This document shows positions 49,029-60,693 of a stretch of 64,000 nucleotides of DNA, piece by piece (position 1 is the first letter of the stretch; the number at the start of each line of letters is the position of its first letter). Source of the DNA: Bdellovibrionales bacterium. Lineage in GTDB: Bacteria > Bdellovibrionota > Bdellovibrionia > Bdellovibrionales > UBA1609. The position numbers were made by a program, and so were the translations under genes. The notes below the pieces were generated by a model. It saw nothing but the letters and a program-made list of their open reading frames with translations. It was not told the DNA's origin and did no database searches. The stretch lies in the NCBI GenBank assembly GCA_965200875.1, contig OZ241456.1, forward strand, positions 64,001 through 128,000. Direction: 5' to 3'.

Positions 49029-50595
49029 CGAGAAACTCCTTTTTAAGAGAAAGCCCATAGTTTTCTCTTTGCTCCTGGATATGGTTTAAAGAAGCCGAAG
49101 AATATTTAAGAAAGACCTTTGGAAAAAGCCCCATCAAAAAAACCAAAAAAACAAAAGGCAAAATGATTCCTATCTCTCTTCTGGAAAGCGGAAAACTTTT
49201 TTGAGAGGCTGAAGACATTGCTCCAAAAAAAATACGATGAACAAGATACAACATATAAACAGCTCCTAGGACGACTCCCATTAAAGCCAGAGCAACCCCT
49301 CCAAAGCTCCCGGATAAAGCCTCTGTTATATTTAAACTTAAAAGCTCGCCCCCTCCTCCCTCGCTTGCCGACTTAAAAGCTCCCATTAAAACAAAAAATT
49401 CAGATACGAATCCGCCAGTGGAAGGAAGAGCCAAGGCGGAAAGAGAGATTATTATAAAGAAACAGGCCATGAGAGGCATTTTTTGTGCAAGCCCTCCGTA
49501 GTCTGAAATATTCAAACTCCGGGATCTTTCATAAATCATTCCCACCAATAAAAAAAGTCCAGCTGAGGAAACAGCATGGGTGAGCATTTGATAAAACCCA
49601 CCTGTTAAACCATACAAATTCAAACTAAAAACCCCAAGCAAAACATAAGCCATGTGAGACACAGAAGAGTAGGCCACTAATTTTTTCATATTTTCCTGCG
49701 CGAGAGCCATAAAAGCTCCATACACTATACCTCCCCCCGCCAAAAGAGCAATAAGAGGGGCAAAAAGCTCTGTGGATTCCGGGAAAAGAGTCAGCACAAA
49801 CCGAAGAAACCCGTAAGATCCCAGTTTTAAAATCACCGCCGCCAATACTGCAGATCCCGGTGCCGGAGCTTCCACATGCGCCAAAGGAAGCCAAGTATGA
49901 AACGGAACAAAAGGAAGTTTTATAGCAAAAGCCAAAAAGAAACAAAGAAACAAAATATTTTGAGTGCTTAGCAAATCCGTTTTTATAAATGGCAAATCCA
50001 ATTTATAAAAATCCAAAAGACTCGCGCTCATGGAACCTGTGGACTGGAAAACAAGAGTCATCAAAGCCACCACTCCCGCCAGCAAAAACAAAGAACCAAA
50101 AGCCGTATAAATAAAAAACTTAAAACTGGCATATATTCTTTCTTTCCCTCCCCAAATTCCAATAATAAAATAAAGGGGGATCAGGGAGCTTTCAAAAAAG
50201 ACATAAAACAGCACAGCATCTAGGGATAAAAATGTTCCCATCACGGATGTGTTGATCAAAAACAAACAGGCATAAAAAAGAGATTCTTTTTTTTGAATCA
50301 GCTTCCAAGAGGCAAAAACACAAATGGGATTTAAAAAAGCTGTTAAAATGACAAACCAAAAGGAAAGTCCATCTAGGCCCAAAAAATATTTTATTCCCAA
50401 AGCGGGAAACCAAGAAAACTCCTCCACTAATTGCAGTTTTTCCGTTTGAGGGTCAAACAGTATGAATAAAGAAAGACTGAATAAAAAATAAGCACAGGAA
50501 AAAACCCCAGCAAAACCTCGACAAAGCTTTGAATCTTTTATAAAAAGCAAAATCAAACCAAAAAGCAAGGGGAGAAAAATTAAGACGCTTAACAT
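49021..50595 (-). CDS. nuoM: NADH-quinone oxidoreductase subunit M
   Basis: LDGLS, FYVFFE, PFHTWLPLAHVEAP and AYSSVSHM motifs. Confidence 0.96.
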   Translation of the reverse strand: MLSVLIFLPLLFGLILLFIKDSKLCRGFAGVFSCAYFLFSLSLFILFDPQTEKLQLVEEFSWFPALGIKYFLGLDGLSFWFVILTAFLNPICVFASWKLIQKKESLFYACLFLINTSVMGTFLSLDAVLFYVFFESSLIPLYFIIGIWGGKERIYASFKFFIYTAFGSLFLLAGVVALMTLVFQSTGSMSASLLDFYKLDLPFIKTDLLSTQNILFLCFFLAFAIKLPFVPFHTWLPLAHVEAPAPGSAVLAAVILKLGSYGFLRFVLTLFPESTELFAPLIALLAGGGIVYGAFMALAQENMKKLVAYSSVSHMAYVLLGVFSLNLYGLTGGFYQMLTHAVSSAGLFLLVGMIYERSRSLNISDYGGLAQKMPLMACFFIIISLSALALPSTGGFVSEFFVLMGAFKSASEGGGGELLSLNITEALSGSFGGVALALMGVVLGAVYMLYLVHRIFFGAMSSASQKSFPLSRREIGIILPFVFLVFLMGLFPKVFLKYSSASLNHIQEQRENYGLSLKKEFLDE

Positions 50596-50631
50596 AGTTT
50601 TTCCTATAGATTAAAACCCTGATCTTTTCAT

Positions 50632-52551
50632 CTAAAAAATCCAGACAGATAAAATACAAACAATCAAACCCAAAATCATAAACAAAATATAGCTTTGCAT
50701 ATATGCTTTTTGCCAACTTTCAAAAATATTTTTTAAGGAAACCAGCCACTTTTGAATCAAAAAAATAAACCCTTGAATGAGTTTCAAATCCCCTCCCCGC
50801 CAAAGCTCATAACATATACTTAAAAAAGGCTGGACAATTTTGGAATGACAAAAAACATCCACCCTCAAGCCCTCTTCAAAAAACTTACATACTGTTTGAT
50901 TTTTTTGTTTCAGGGCGTAAAGCCATTTTACCTTATGCCGGTAAAACCAAAACACCAAACCCAAAACCAATAAAACCAAAACTGTGGATCCTGACATAAG
51001 TATAATTTCCGCAATATAAGAACCTTTAAAAGTATTATGAACCAAAACGGGCTTTAAATACATCTCCATAAAATGAGGAGGGTGCAGAGGCAACCATTCG
51101 CCTATTAAATGAGGAATGCCCAAAACCCCACCCACACAGGAAAGCAAAGCCAAAACAACCAAAGGAAATTTAAGGCAAAACCCTTTTTCCTGAGGCTTAA
51201 CTCCAGCCTTGAAACGGCTTTTTCCATAAAACACCAAAACAAACAGACGAGTCATATAAAAAACAGTCATTAAAGCGGAAAGCATAGCCAGAGAAAAAAT
51301 CCCAAAATGATCGCTCGCCAAGGCAGACCATAAAATGGCATCCTTGCTGAAAAATCCCGAAAAAGGAGGAAGACCAGCAAGAGCTAGGAACCCCATCATA
51401 AAACAAATATAAGTCCAGGGAAGAGATTTTCTTAAACCGCCCATGCGATAAATATTCTGCTCGCCCTTTAAAGCATGAATAATGACAGCAGCAGATAAAA
51501 ACAAAAGAGCTTTAAAAAAAGCATGAGTCACTAGATGAAACATAGCAGCTGTAAAAGCAGAAAGTCCCACAGCCATAAACATATATCCCAGCTGGGAGAT
51601 CGTGGAATAAGCCAGCGTTTTTTTTATATCACTTTGGGCACAGGCAATAAGAGCTGACAAAAAAGCAGTAACACCCCCTATCCAGCAGACAAGAGTCAAA
51701 ACCTCTCCAGCCTGAACAAATAAAAAACTCATTCTCACCATTAAATAAATGCCAGCTGTCACCATTGTAGCGGCATGAATCAAAGCAGAAACAGGAGTAG
51801 GACCCGCCATAGCGGAAGGAAGCCAAATATAAAGAGGAATCTGCGCCGATTTACCCAAAGCCCCCACTAATAAAAAAAAGCAAGCCCATTTTACAGACAT
51901 TACATCAAAATGTCCTGCCACCACCGAGGAGGACAAATCCCCAAAACTTAAAGAAGAAAACTGCTGAAACAAAATAAACATACCTATCAAAAAACCTGTA
52001 TCCCCAATACGATTGACAATAAAAGCTTTCAGACCTGCTAAAGCTTTTTGTTTATCCGTAAACCAAAAGCCTATCAACAGATAAGAGCAAAGCCCCACTC
52101 CTTCCCATCCCAAAAACATAAGAAGCAAGCTCTCTCCCAAAACCAAAATCATCATACTGAACAAAAAGAGATTTAAATAAGAAAAATACTTCGCTGGGCG
52201 TTTGTCGTGTGACATATAATAAACACTGAAAACATGAATTAAAAGCCCCACCCCGGTTATCACCAAAATCATCAACACACTTAAAGGATCCACCAAAAAA
52301 GAAAAAGACACTTTAAGAGACTCCAAATTCAACCATTCAAAAAAGGAATAAACCTTATAGGGAACCTGAGGGGAAGAATTTTGCACCGTGGAAAAAAACA
52401 AAAACACTGCACTTAAAAAAGAAATTAAACAAGCTCCCACTCCTATAAGAGAAGCTTTTTTAACATCCTCCCTTTGCCATCTGAGACCATTTAAAAGCGA
52501 ACCAGCAAGAGGAGCCAACAACAAACATAAAAGTACTGTTTTCACCACCAT
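50632..52551 (-). CDS. nuoL: NADH-quinone oxidoreductase subunit L
   Basis: GWEGVGLCSYLLIGFW, GKSAQIPL.WLP.AMAGPTPVSALIHAATMV and HAFFKALLFL motifs. Start at ATG 52551. Confidence 0.96.
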   Translation of the reverse strand: MVVKTVLLCLLLAPLAGSLLNGLRWQREDVKKASLIGVGACLISFLSAVFLFFSTVQNSSPQVPYKVYSFFEWLNLESLKVSFSFLVDPLSVLMILVITGVGLLIHVFSVYYMSHDKRPAKYFSYLNLFLFSMMILVLGESLLLMFLGWEGVGLCSYLLIGFWFTDKQKALAGLKAFIVNRIGDTGFLIGMFILFQQFSSLSFGDLSSSVVAGHFDVMSVKWACFFLLVGALGKSAQIPLYIWLPSAMAGPTPVSALIHAATMVTAGIYLMVRMSFLFVQAGEVLTLVCWIGGVTAFLSALIACAQSDIKKTLAYSTISQLGYMFMAVGLSAFTAAMFHLVTHAFFKALLFLSAAVIIHALKGEQNIYRMGGLRKSLPWTYICFMMGFLALAGLPPFSGFFSKDAILWSALASDHFGIFSLAMLSALMTVFYMTRLFVLVFYGKSRFKAGVKPQEKGFCLKFPLVVLALLSCVGGVLGIPHLIGEWLPLHPPHFMEMYLKPVLVHNTFKGSYIAEIILMSGSTVLVLLVLGLVFWFYRHKVKWLYALKQKNQTVCKFFEEGLRVDVFCHSKIVQPFLSICYELWRGGDLKLIQGFIFLIQKWLVSLKNIFESWQKAYMQSYILFMILGLIVCILSVWIF

Positions 52552-52552
52552 A

Positions 52553-52858
52553 TCAAATGATCCCCTTCTGATTTTTTTCTGAAGAAAACAGTTTCCACTT
52601 ACGACTGATGAGCACAATAAGAGCAAGCCCCACTCCCGCCTCTCCGGCAGAAATGGTCATTACAAAAAAAGCGGCTATCTGCCCGGAAAGTAAAGAATAA
52701 AACTGGCTAAAAGCCACAAACGAAAGATTAACCGCGTTTAACATTAACTCTATACTCATTAATATAACTAGGAGATTTCGCCGGGTCATAACCCCAAAGA
52801 GGCCAATTGCAAACAAAAGAAAAGACACTATCAAAAAATGATTTAATCCTGGTTCCAT
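52553..52858 (-). CDS. nuoK: NADH-quinone oxidoreductase subunit K
   Basis: RRN, SIELMLNA and E..VGLA motifs. Confidence 0.95.
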   Translation of the reverse strand: MEPGLNHFLIVSFLLFAIGLFGVMTRRNLLVILMSIELMLNAVNLSFVAFSQFYSLLSGQIAAFFVMTISAGEAGVGLALIVLISRKWKLFSSEKNQKGII

Positions 52859-52893
52859 ATTTTTTCCTCAAAAGCCTTTCTATTAAAAAAAAC

Positions 52894-53421
52894 TCACGAT
52901 ATTGTTTTTTCCGGGAGCGAAAAAGAGCGATCTTTTGATCGACAAAGAATTGCCACCCCCACTGCAATCAACAAAAGAAAAACTCCCAATACTTCAAACA
53001 AAAAAATATATTCGGTAAAAAGCAGGTAAGAAAGCTCTTTCGTGGAGCTTGACTGAAGTTCTTCAGCAAAACGAAGACTTCTTAAATGAAGAGACAAAGG
53101 AAAAGTTCCTACCACCAGACCTGTCAGAAAAAACAAACAGGAAAGGGCGGGCCATAAACCTTTGTTGAATAAACGAGATTCTTCTCTTTTCAAATCAAAA
53201 AGCATCACCACCATCACAAATAAAACCATTACCGCACCGGCGTACACCACTACCTGCACCCCCGCTATAAAATGTGCCCCCAAAATGAAAAAAAGACCGG
53301 CCAAAGCCAACATGGAGCCTGCCAAATGTAAAGCACAAATCACCAAATCCCTCTGAGAAACTGTAATCAAAGCCCCATAAATTGTTAAGAAAGAAAAAAA
53401 ATAAAATAAAATCTCAGACAT
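52894..53421 (-). CDS. nuoJ: NADH-quinone oxidoreductase subunit J
   Basis: QVVVYAGAVMVLF.MVVML and LF.EY...FE motifs. Confidence 0.93.
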   Translation of the reverse strand: MSEILFYFFSFLTIYGALITVSQRDLVICALHLAGSMLALAGLFFILGAHFIAGVQVVVYAGAVMVLFVMVVMLFDLKREESRLFNKGLWPALSCLFFLTGLVVGTFPLSLHLRSLRFAEELQSSSTKELSYLLFTEYIFLFEVLGVFLLLIAVGVAILCRSKDRSFSLPEKTIS

Positions 53422-53445
53422 ATTTTAAACCCCAGTTTTAAGTTA

Positions 53446-54594
53446 TTAAGACCGCATTAAAAAAATCCAAATTCCGGTAACAAGAGTGTTTGCCAAAGCC
53501 CACGGCAAAAGGGTTTTCCAACCCAGAGCCATTAGTTGATCATATCGAAATCGCGGTAAAGTCCATCGCACCCATATAAATAACCAAAGAAAAAAAAGCA
53601 ATTTCAACATAAACACTCCATGCAAAATAAAAGCTGTTAAAATACTGTTGGCTGTGGGAGAAAAAGAAGCTAGCAAAGTGTTTAATTTTTCAGGAGTTAA
53701 AAACGGCCAGAAGGTATATCCTCCAAAATAAAAAGTCACCATCAGGGCAGAAGCCACCAGCATGTGGCCATATTCCCCCATATAAAACATAATGATTTTC
53801 ACTCCACTGTATTCCGTATGATAACCGGCCACCAACTCCGCTTCCGCTTCCGGTAAATCAAAAGGCAGGCGGTTTGCCTCTGCAAATAAAGCCACAAAAA
53901 ACAACAGCGCGCCCAAAGGCTGATAAAAAATACCCCAGTTAGGCAAAAAAGAAAAAGTAACAGCTTGGCCAAAAAAATGAAAGGAAAGGGGACCACTTTG
54001 TAAAGCCACTATTTCCGAAAAATGAAAAGTGTTAAAAAGCAACAGCACTCCCACCAAAGAAAGACTTAAGGCTAGCTCATAACTGATGGCCTGAGCACTG
54101 GCCCTAAGAGCCCCATAAAGAGAAAACTTACTGCCTGAAGACCAACCAGCCAATAAAAGAGCATATACCGCAAGAGAGCTTACTCCCAGAACAAAGACAA
54201 TGCCGATACCCATTACAAAAGACTGAAAATAAAAGGTATAAGGGCCCCATGTTCTGCTCAACCATTCAAAAGCCTCCACGGAAACAGGGGTAGAAAGAGG
54301 AATCGCTCCAAAAGCTAAAGCCGCGGGAATAAGAGAAAAAATAGGGGCCAGATAAAAAAAATTTTTTCGGCCCTTTTGCCCTAAAAAATCCTCTTTACAC
54401 AAAAATTTTACCAAATCCGCCAGATTTTGCACAAGACCCAAAGGACCAATACGATTTGGCCCAAAGCGATTTTGAATAAAAGCAGACCCTCGTCTCTCCA
54501 CCCAAACCAAAAGCGGAACCATTTGCACCATTAGCAAAAAAATAACAGCAATTTTAATAAAATTAACTGTTACTTCAAAAAAATCCATTCCCAT
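53446..54594 (-). CDS. nuoH: NADH-quinone oxidoreductase subunit H
   Basis: ERR, Q.R.GPNR, AE.NRLPFDLPEAE.ELVAGY.TEYS and PRFRYDQLM motifs. Confidence 0.97.
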   Translation of the reverse strand: MGMDFFEVTVNFIKIAVIFLLMVQMVPLLVWVERRGSAFIQNRFGPNRIGPLGLVQNLADLVKFLCKEDFLGQKGRKNFFYLAPIFSLIPAALAFGAIPLSTPVSVEAFEWLSRTWGPYTFYFQSFVMGIGIVFVLGVSSLAVYALLLAGWSSGSKFSLYGALRASAQAISYELALSLSLVGVLLLFNTFHFSEIVALQSGPLSFHFFGQAVTFSFLPNWGIFYQPLGALLFFVALFAEANRLPFDLPEAEAELVAGYHTEYSGVKIIMFYMGEYGHMLVASALMVTFYFGGYTFWPFLTPEKLNTLLASFSPTANSILTAFILHGVFMLKLLFFLWLFIWVRWTLPRFRYDQLMALGWKTLLPWALANTLVTGIWIFLMRS

Positions 54595-54597
54595 TTT

Positions 54598-54975
54598 TTA
54601 TTTCCACTGAAGGGCTTTGGAAAATATTTCCCAAATCAAACCATATATAAAAATAAAAAGAAATATTGTCACAGCCAAAAGAGCTTCCAAACCCTGCCCT
54701 CGATCCATCAAATCCTTAAAAGACAAAGCCCAAGGATAGAGAAAAATTATTTCTATATCAAACAAAATAAACAAAATTGCTGTCAGATAAAATTGAACCG
54801 GTACCTTGGAGCTTTCCTGTTCCTCGGCTTTCAGACCACATTCATAAGGAAGACTCTTAGCCGGACTGGCCGGGGCTTTTACTTTGGCTCCAAACCATCT
54901 AACAGCTATCAACATCAACGCTCCAAAAGTAACGACAATCAATACACACACCAAAACCGGCATTAAAGAGTTCAT
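54598..54975 (-). CDS. nuoA: NADH-quinone oxidoreductase subunit A
   Basis: PYECG, FY..AILFILFDIE..FLYPWA and AL.W motifs. Confidence 0.96.
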   Translation of the reverse strand: MNSLMPVLVCVLIVVTFGALMLIAVRWFGAKVKAPASPAKSLPYECGLKAEEQESSKVPVQFYLTAILFILFDIEIIFLYPWALSFKDLMDRGQGLEALLAVTIFLFIFIYGLIWEIFSKALQWK

Positions 54976-55108
54976 ATTTTTTCACCTTGATTTTTAAATC
55001 CCACTCCGGCAAAAAGTTTAAACTGGATCAATATAAAATACAAGTGAGGTTCTGCCGACTCCAAAAGGACTTTCACTCCTGTTGGATTTTCAACAAAAGA
55101 GAGTGTTC

Positions 55109-55144
55109 AAAACCCCGGAACTAGGAATTGAAACCAAAGGAGCG
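55109..55144 (+). repeat. Degenerate direct-repeat copy of atpC-internal sequence 59090-59125
   Basis: 32/36 identical; all four differences are transitions. Confidence 0.75.
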
Positions 55145-55214
55145 AAAAAGAACATTAAAAACTTTGCCAAAAAGATACAATATATGTTTTCTTTGTTTTC
55201 AAAAAACTTCAGGT

Positions 55215-58200
55215 ATGAGAATACAAACAACAGAAACTTATAATCCCTCTCAAGATGAGTTTTCCACTTGGCTTAAGAATTTAAACACCGGCCAAACAAA
55301 GAAAATCCCGGCTCAAACTCACCCTTTTCTCATTGCTTATTTACTGCATCACACAGAAAATACAGGCCCTCACATTCTGATTTCCTCTGAAAAAAAGCTC
55401 CTTTTAAAAATCCAGTCAGCTTTGTCATTTTTTGAGCCGGAACAAAAAGGTCTCTTTTTTGAGAAAAATCTTTATTCTCTGCAAGAGAACTTAAACCCCT
55501 TTGATCAAAAGGAGTTTCTTCGGATTAAAAGCTTGGTCCAGGCCCAGGGAGCTTCCCGGGCAGATGTTTTTTTTATGAACCCAATAACTCTTTTTCAAAG
55601 AGTTATTTCTCCAGCCCTGCTTAAAAAAAAGCTTTTCAAATTGAAAAAAGGGCATCCATTACCAGAGTTTTTTTTCCACTCTTTAAAAAGCCTAGGTTAT
55701 CAAAGCCGGGATCGGGTGGAACAAGCCGGGGAGTTTTCCCGGAGAGGGTTTGTACTGGATATTTTTTGTCCTCTCTCCGGGCCTTTGCGAATAGAGCTTA
55801 TGGGAGATGAAATAATACAGATAAAAAAGTTTTCTCTGAACACACAATTAAGCTTTCAAAAAATAAATTCAGCACTTATTGCACCTGCTAAAGAGTGGAG
55901 TGTCTATGATAAAAAAGACTCGTGGCAAAAAATAAGGAGCAGGTTTTTCGACCAAGGAAAAGAAAAAAACAAGTTTTCTTTTTTGGAATGGGAGCACTTT
56001 TTGCAAAAGGGTCTTTCCGCTTTTTATACAAAGGAGTCTTCCCTTCATCAAAAACCTGATTTCTTTTCCAAAAACCCTGATGAAATATATTCTTTTTTAG
56101 CCACCTGGAAAGCCGCTTTTATCCATAAATCCCCGTTCAATATTTTAGATCATTTTTCTTTTCCCCCTCTTGTCTGGTATCTAGATCCATTGGAATTTTC
56201 GCTCAAAAAAGCGGAAGAGCTGGATGAAAGTCCCGAAAAGTCAACAAGCCCTTTCGGCTTGGAAAAAGAAGCTCTGTACCTTTCCAGCTGGAAGAAAGAA
56301 AATCTTCGGGAAGTTATTTTTACCCCTCCCACTTATTCATCTGTTTCCAACTCTCCGGCCTTTTCAGACTCTTTTTCTTTAAAAAAACTTTTTAAAACCC
56401 CGGACTGGCCCTTGCAAATAAAAAAACTAAGAGAAAAGGGAATGCTGGTCTTCCTCTCTTTCGAAAAAGAAAAAAACAAAGCTTTGCTTAAGCGAGCTTT
56501 ATCTGATTTTGAGATGAACATAAAAAACGAATCCTCTTGGATGCAAATGAAAGAAGAACAGGAAAAAAATGTTCTCAATTTACATTTAATACAAAGTTTC
56601 ACGGAAAAAAACCTGATATGGCCGGCGGAAAACATCATCATTTTAAAAGAAAGTGCCCTAGCCCTCCCTCTAAGGAACACTGATGAGGAAAGTCCAGCCC
56701 CTTCAAATCATTTTCCACGAAAAAATTTGATCCCGGAAAACAAAAGTTTAAAACCCTTTAAAACCCGTGATTTTTTCTCCAAAAACCTGCAAGTCAAAAG
56801 CTTTCATTTTGCGGAACTTAAACCTGGGGATTTAGTGATACATAAGCATCATGGCATTGGGCTTTTCAAAACTCTGGATATTTTAAATTTCGGAACCGGG
56901 AAAAATGAATTTCTGGTTTTAGAATATAAAGATGGAGACCTGCTTTATGTTCCCGTTTATGCCCTTCATCAAGTGCAAAAGCGCGCAACCCCTACTTCCC
57001 CATTGAATCAGCACCTGTTGGATAAACTGGGCAGTACCCGGTGGCTGAACACAAAGAAAAAAGCCAAAGAGCAAATTAAAAATATCACTCAGGAGTTGAT
57101 AAATTTATATAGCCTCAGAACTTCCATAAAAAGAAAAAAATTTTCTGCCATTAGCGAAAGTTTTGAAAAATTTTCCACGGAATTTCCTTTTCAGGAAACC
57201 CCGGACCAGCAAAAAGCCATTGAAGATATTTTGCAGGACTTAATAAAAAAAGATCGCCCTGCGGACAGGCTAATCTGTGGAGACACCGGCTTTGGAAAAA
57301 CAGAAGTGGCCATGCGAGCGAGCTTCAAAGTGATAGAGGACGGATATCAGGTGTGTCTTATCGCACCCACCACTCTTTTGAGTTTCCAACACTTTGAACG
57401 ATTTAAAGAAAGGTTTGCAAACTGGCCGGTGACTTTACGCATGCTTAACCGCTTCACCTCCACAAAAGAGCAAAAACAAATTTTAAAAGAAATAAAAGAA
57501 GGAAAAACAGATATTGTAATTGGTACACACAGGCTCTTAAGCCGAGACATTTATTTTAAAAATCTGGGGCTTTTGATCATTGATGAAGAGCATTTGTTCG
57601 GTGTAAAAAACAAGGAAAAAATCAAAAACTGGTATTCTCATGTAGACACCATAAATCTTTCCGCCACACCTATTCCTAGAAGTTTCAGCATGAGCCTTGG
57701 AGGACTAAGAGATATGAGCCTTATTCTCACTCCTCCTATAAACCGAAAACCCGTGGAAACCTCCATCAATATTTTTAAAGAAGATCTGATAAAAAAAGCT
57801 CTCTTAAAAGAATTAAACCGCAAAGGGCAAATTATTTTTATTCATAATCGCATTGCCAATATTTACGACATGGAAAGAAAATTAAAAGCTCTTTTACCTT
57901 CACTCCGCCTTCGAACCGCCCACGGAAAAATGGATAAATTACAGGAAAAAATAGCTCTGGATTTTTTTCAGCAAAAATTCGATCTTCTGCTTTGCACCAC
58001 TATCGTGGAATCAGGAATGGACTTTCCGGGAGCTAATACCTTGTTTATTCATCATGCCGAACAATTTGGTCTTTCGGAGCTTCATCAGTTAAGGGGGCGA
58101 GTGGGTCGCTCGGAAAGAAATGCTTACTGCTACCTATTGATTCCCTCTGAAAAAAAAGTGTCTCAATCAGCTATGGAGCGGTTAAAAATCATCCAAGAAA

Positions 58201-58811
58201 ACAATCAACCAGGAGCAGGAATTATGATTGCCCAGCATGATTTAGAAATGCGGGGGGCGGGTGAACTTATGGGTCGAGAACAATCAGGTTTTTTCAAGGA
58301 TATAGGCTATGAAATGTATTTTGAGCTTTTAAGGGAAAATATCTCTCTTTCAAAAAACAAAGAGTATATACCAGCACCAGAGCCGGAATTTAAGATCAAT
58401 GAGTCTGCTTTTATTCCTGAAAACCACATTCCCCATAAAAAAGTCCGCATGCTATTTTATAAAAAACTGTCCTTAGCGGGTTCTGCAAAAGAAATCGAGA
58501 CCATTCAGGAAGAATTAAAAGATTTTGCAGGCCCTTTGCCTATTGAAGGGGAAAACCTTATTTTACTCAGTCATTGTCGCATTATAGCCAAGGCCGGACA
58601 CATAAGAGAGCTTTCCCATCGTCATCCTTTTCTTTACATAAGCCTAGCGGAAAGCACACCTCTTCCAACTTCAAAAATCCTAAAATGGATTGAAGAAGGA
58701 GTTTGTCAGTGGCAAAACAAAGAAACCTTAAAATTTTTTATGGAAGAAGAAAGCCTTTTGGCAGTGTGGGAACTTTTAAAGAAGCGATTTGGAGAACTGT
58801 TAAAAAATTAG
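55215..58811 (+). CDS. mfd: Transcription-repair coupling factor
   Basis: UvrB-homology GEFSRRG..LDIF, RID GDLVIH..HGIG, GDTGFGKTEVA, QLRGRVGRS, DLEMRG.G and TRCF C-terminus. ATG 55215 preferred over TTG 55128. Confidence 0.95.
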   Translation: MRIQTTETYNPSQDEFSTWLKNLNTGQTKKIPAQTHPFLIAYLLHHTENTGPHILISSEKKLLLKIQSALSFFEPEQKGLFFEKNLYSLQENLNPFDQKEFLRIKSLVQAQGASRADVFFMNPITLFQRVISPALLKKKLFKLKKGHPLPEFFFHSLKSLGYQSRDRVEQAGEFSRRGFVLDIFCPLSGPLRIELMGDEIIQIKKFSLNTQLSFQKINSALIAPAKEWSVYDKKDSWQKIRSRFFDQGKEKNKFSFLEWEHFLQKGLSAFYTKESSLHQKPDFFSKNPDEIYSFLATWKAAFIHKSPFNILDHFSFPPLVWYLDPLEFSLKKAEELDESPEKSTSPFGLEKEALYLSSWKKENLREVIFTPPTYSSVSNSPAFSDSFSLKKLFKTPDWPLQIKKLREKGMLVFLSFEKEKNKALLKRALSDFEMNIKNESSWMQMKEEQEKNVLNLHLIQSFTEKNLIWPAENIIILKESALALPLRNTDEESPAPSNHFPRKNLIPENKSLKPFKTRDFFSKNLQVKSFHFAELKPGDLVIHKHHGIGLFKTLDILNFGTGKNEFLVLEYKDGDLLYVPVYALHQVQKRATPTSPLNQHLLDKLGSTRWLNTKKKAKEQIKNITQELINLYSLRTSIKRKKFSAISESFEKFSTEFPFQETPDQQKAIEDILQDLIKKDRPADRLICGDTGFGKTEVAMRASFKVIEDGYQVCLIAPTTLLSFQHFERFKERFANWPVTLRMLNRFTSTKEQKQILKEIKEGKTDIVIGTHRLLSRDIYFKNLGLLIIDEEHLFGVKNKEKIKNWYSHVDTINLSATPIPRSFSMSLGGLRDMSLILTPPINRKPVETSINIFKEDLIKKALLKELNRKGQIIFIHNRIANIYDMERKLKALLPSLRLRTAHGKMDKLQEKIALDFFQQKFDLLLCTTIVESGMDFPGANTLFIHHAEQFGLSELHQLRGRVGRSERNAYCYLLIPSEKKVSQSAMERLKIIQENNQPGAGIMIAQHDLEMRGAGELMGREQSGFFKDIGYEMYFELLRENISLSKNKEYIPAPEPEFKINESAFIPENHIPHKKVRMLFYKKLSLAGSAKEIETIQEELKDFAGPLPIEGENLILLSHCRIIAKAGHIRELSHRHPFLYISLAESTPLPTSKILKWIEEGVCQWQNKETLKFFMEEESLLAVWELLKKRFGELLKN

Positions 58812-58833
58812 ATCTTAAAAAAACCACTGTTAT

Positions 58834-59232
58834 TCAGTCTAGGATTTTTAAAAAAGTTCTTTGTTTTTGTTCTTCCTGTCTTAATTTTCTTATCTCATCT
58901 GGGGAAAGATGAGGATCTTTTAATTTGTCCAAAATATCCTGCAAAGTTTTCTCTGCTTTATGCTTTTTAAGCTCTTTTTTTGTTTCTGCTGACTCTGCCA
59001 GAATTATTACTTTTTCTGCTTGAACTTCCACATAACCCCAGCTTATAGCAATTTCCTTAAAGTTTTTTTCTGTTGGCAAAAGATATTTTAAAACCCCGGA
59101 ACCAAGAGTCGAAACCAAAGGAGCGTGGCCGGGCAAAATTCCTATTTCCCCTTTTTCTCCAGGAACCAAAAGCTCTTTTACCAAGAGAGCCTCCAACACT
59201 ATTTTTTCAGGAGTCACCACAGTCAATTTCAT
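58834..59232 (-). CDS. atpC: ATP synthase F1 epsilon
   Basis: VVTPE, PG..GE.GILPGHAPL motifs. Confidence 0.96.
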   Translation of the reverse strand: MKLTVVTPEKIVLEALLVKELLVPGEKGEIGILPGHAPLVSTLGSGVLKYLLPTEKNFKEIAISWGYVEVQAEKVIILAESAETKKELKKHKAEKTLQDILDKLKDPHLSPDEIRKLRQEEQKQRTFLKILD

Positions 59233-59250
59233 CTGTTCCTCAAGAGATCA

Positions 59251-60693
<1,443 letters not shown>

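Noticed and set aside
55128..55214. TTG-initiated N-terminal extension of Mfd
   Set aside because: It overlaps the atpC-like relic and lacks an RBS; ATG 55215 is more plausible.
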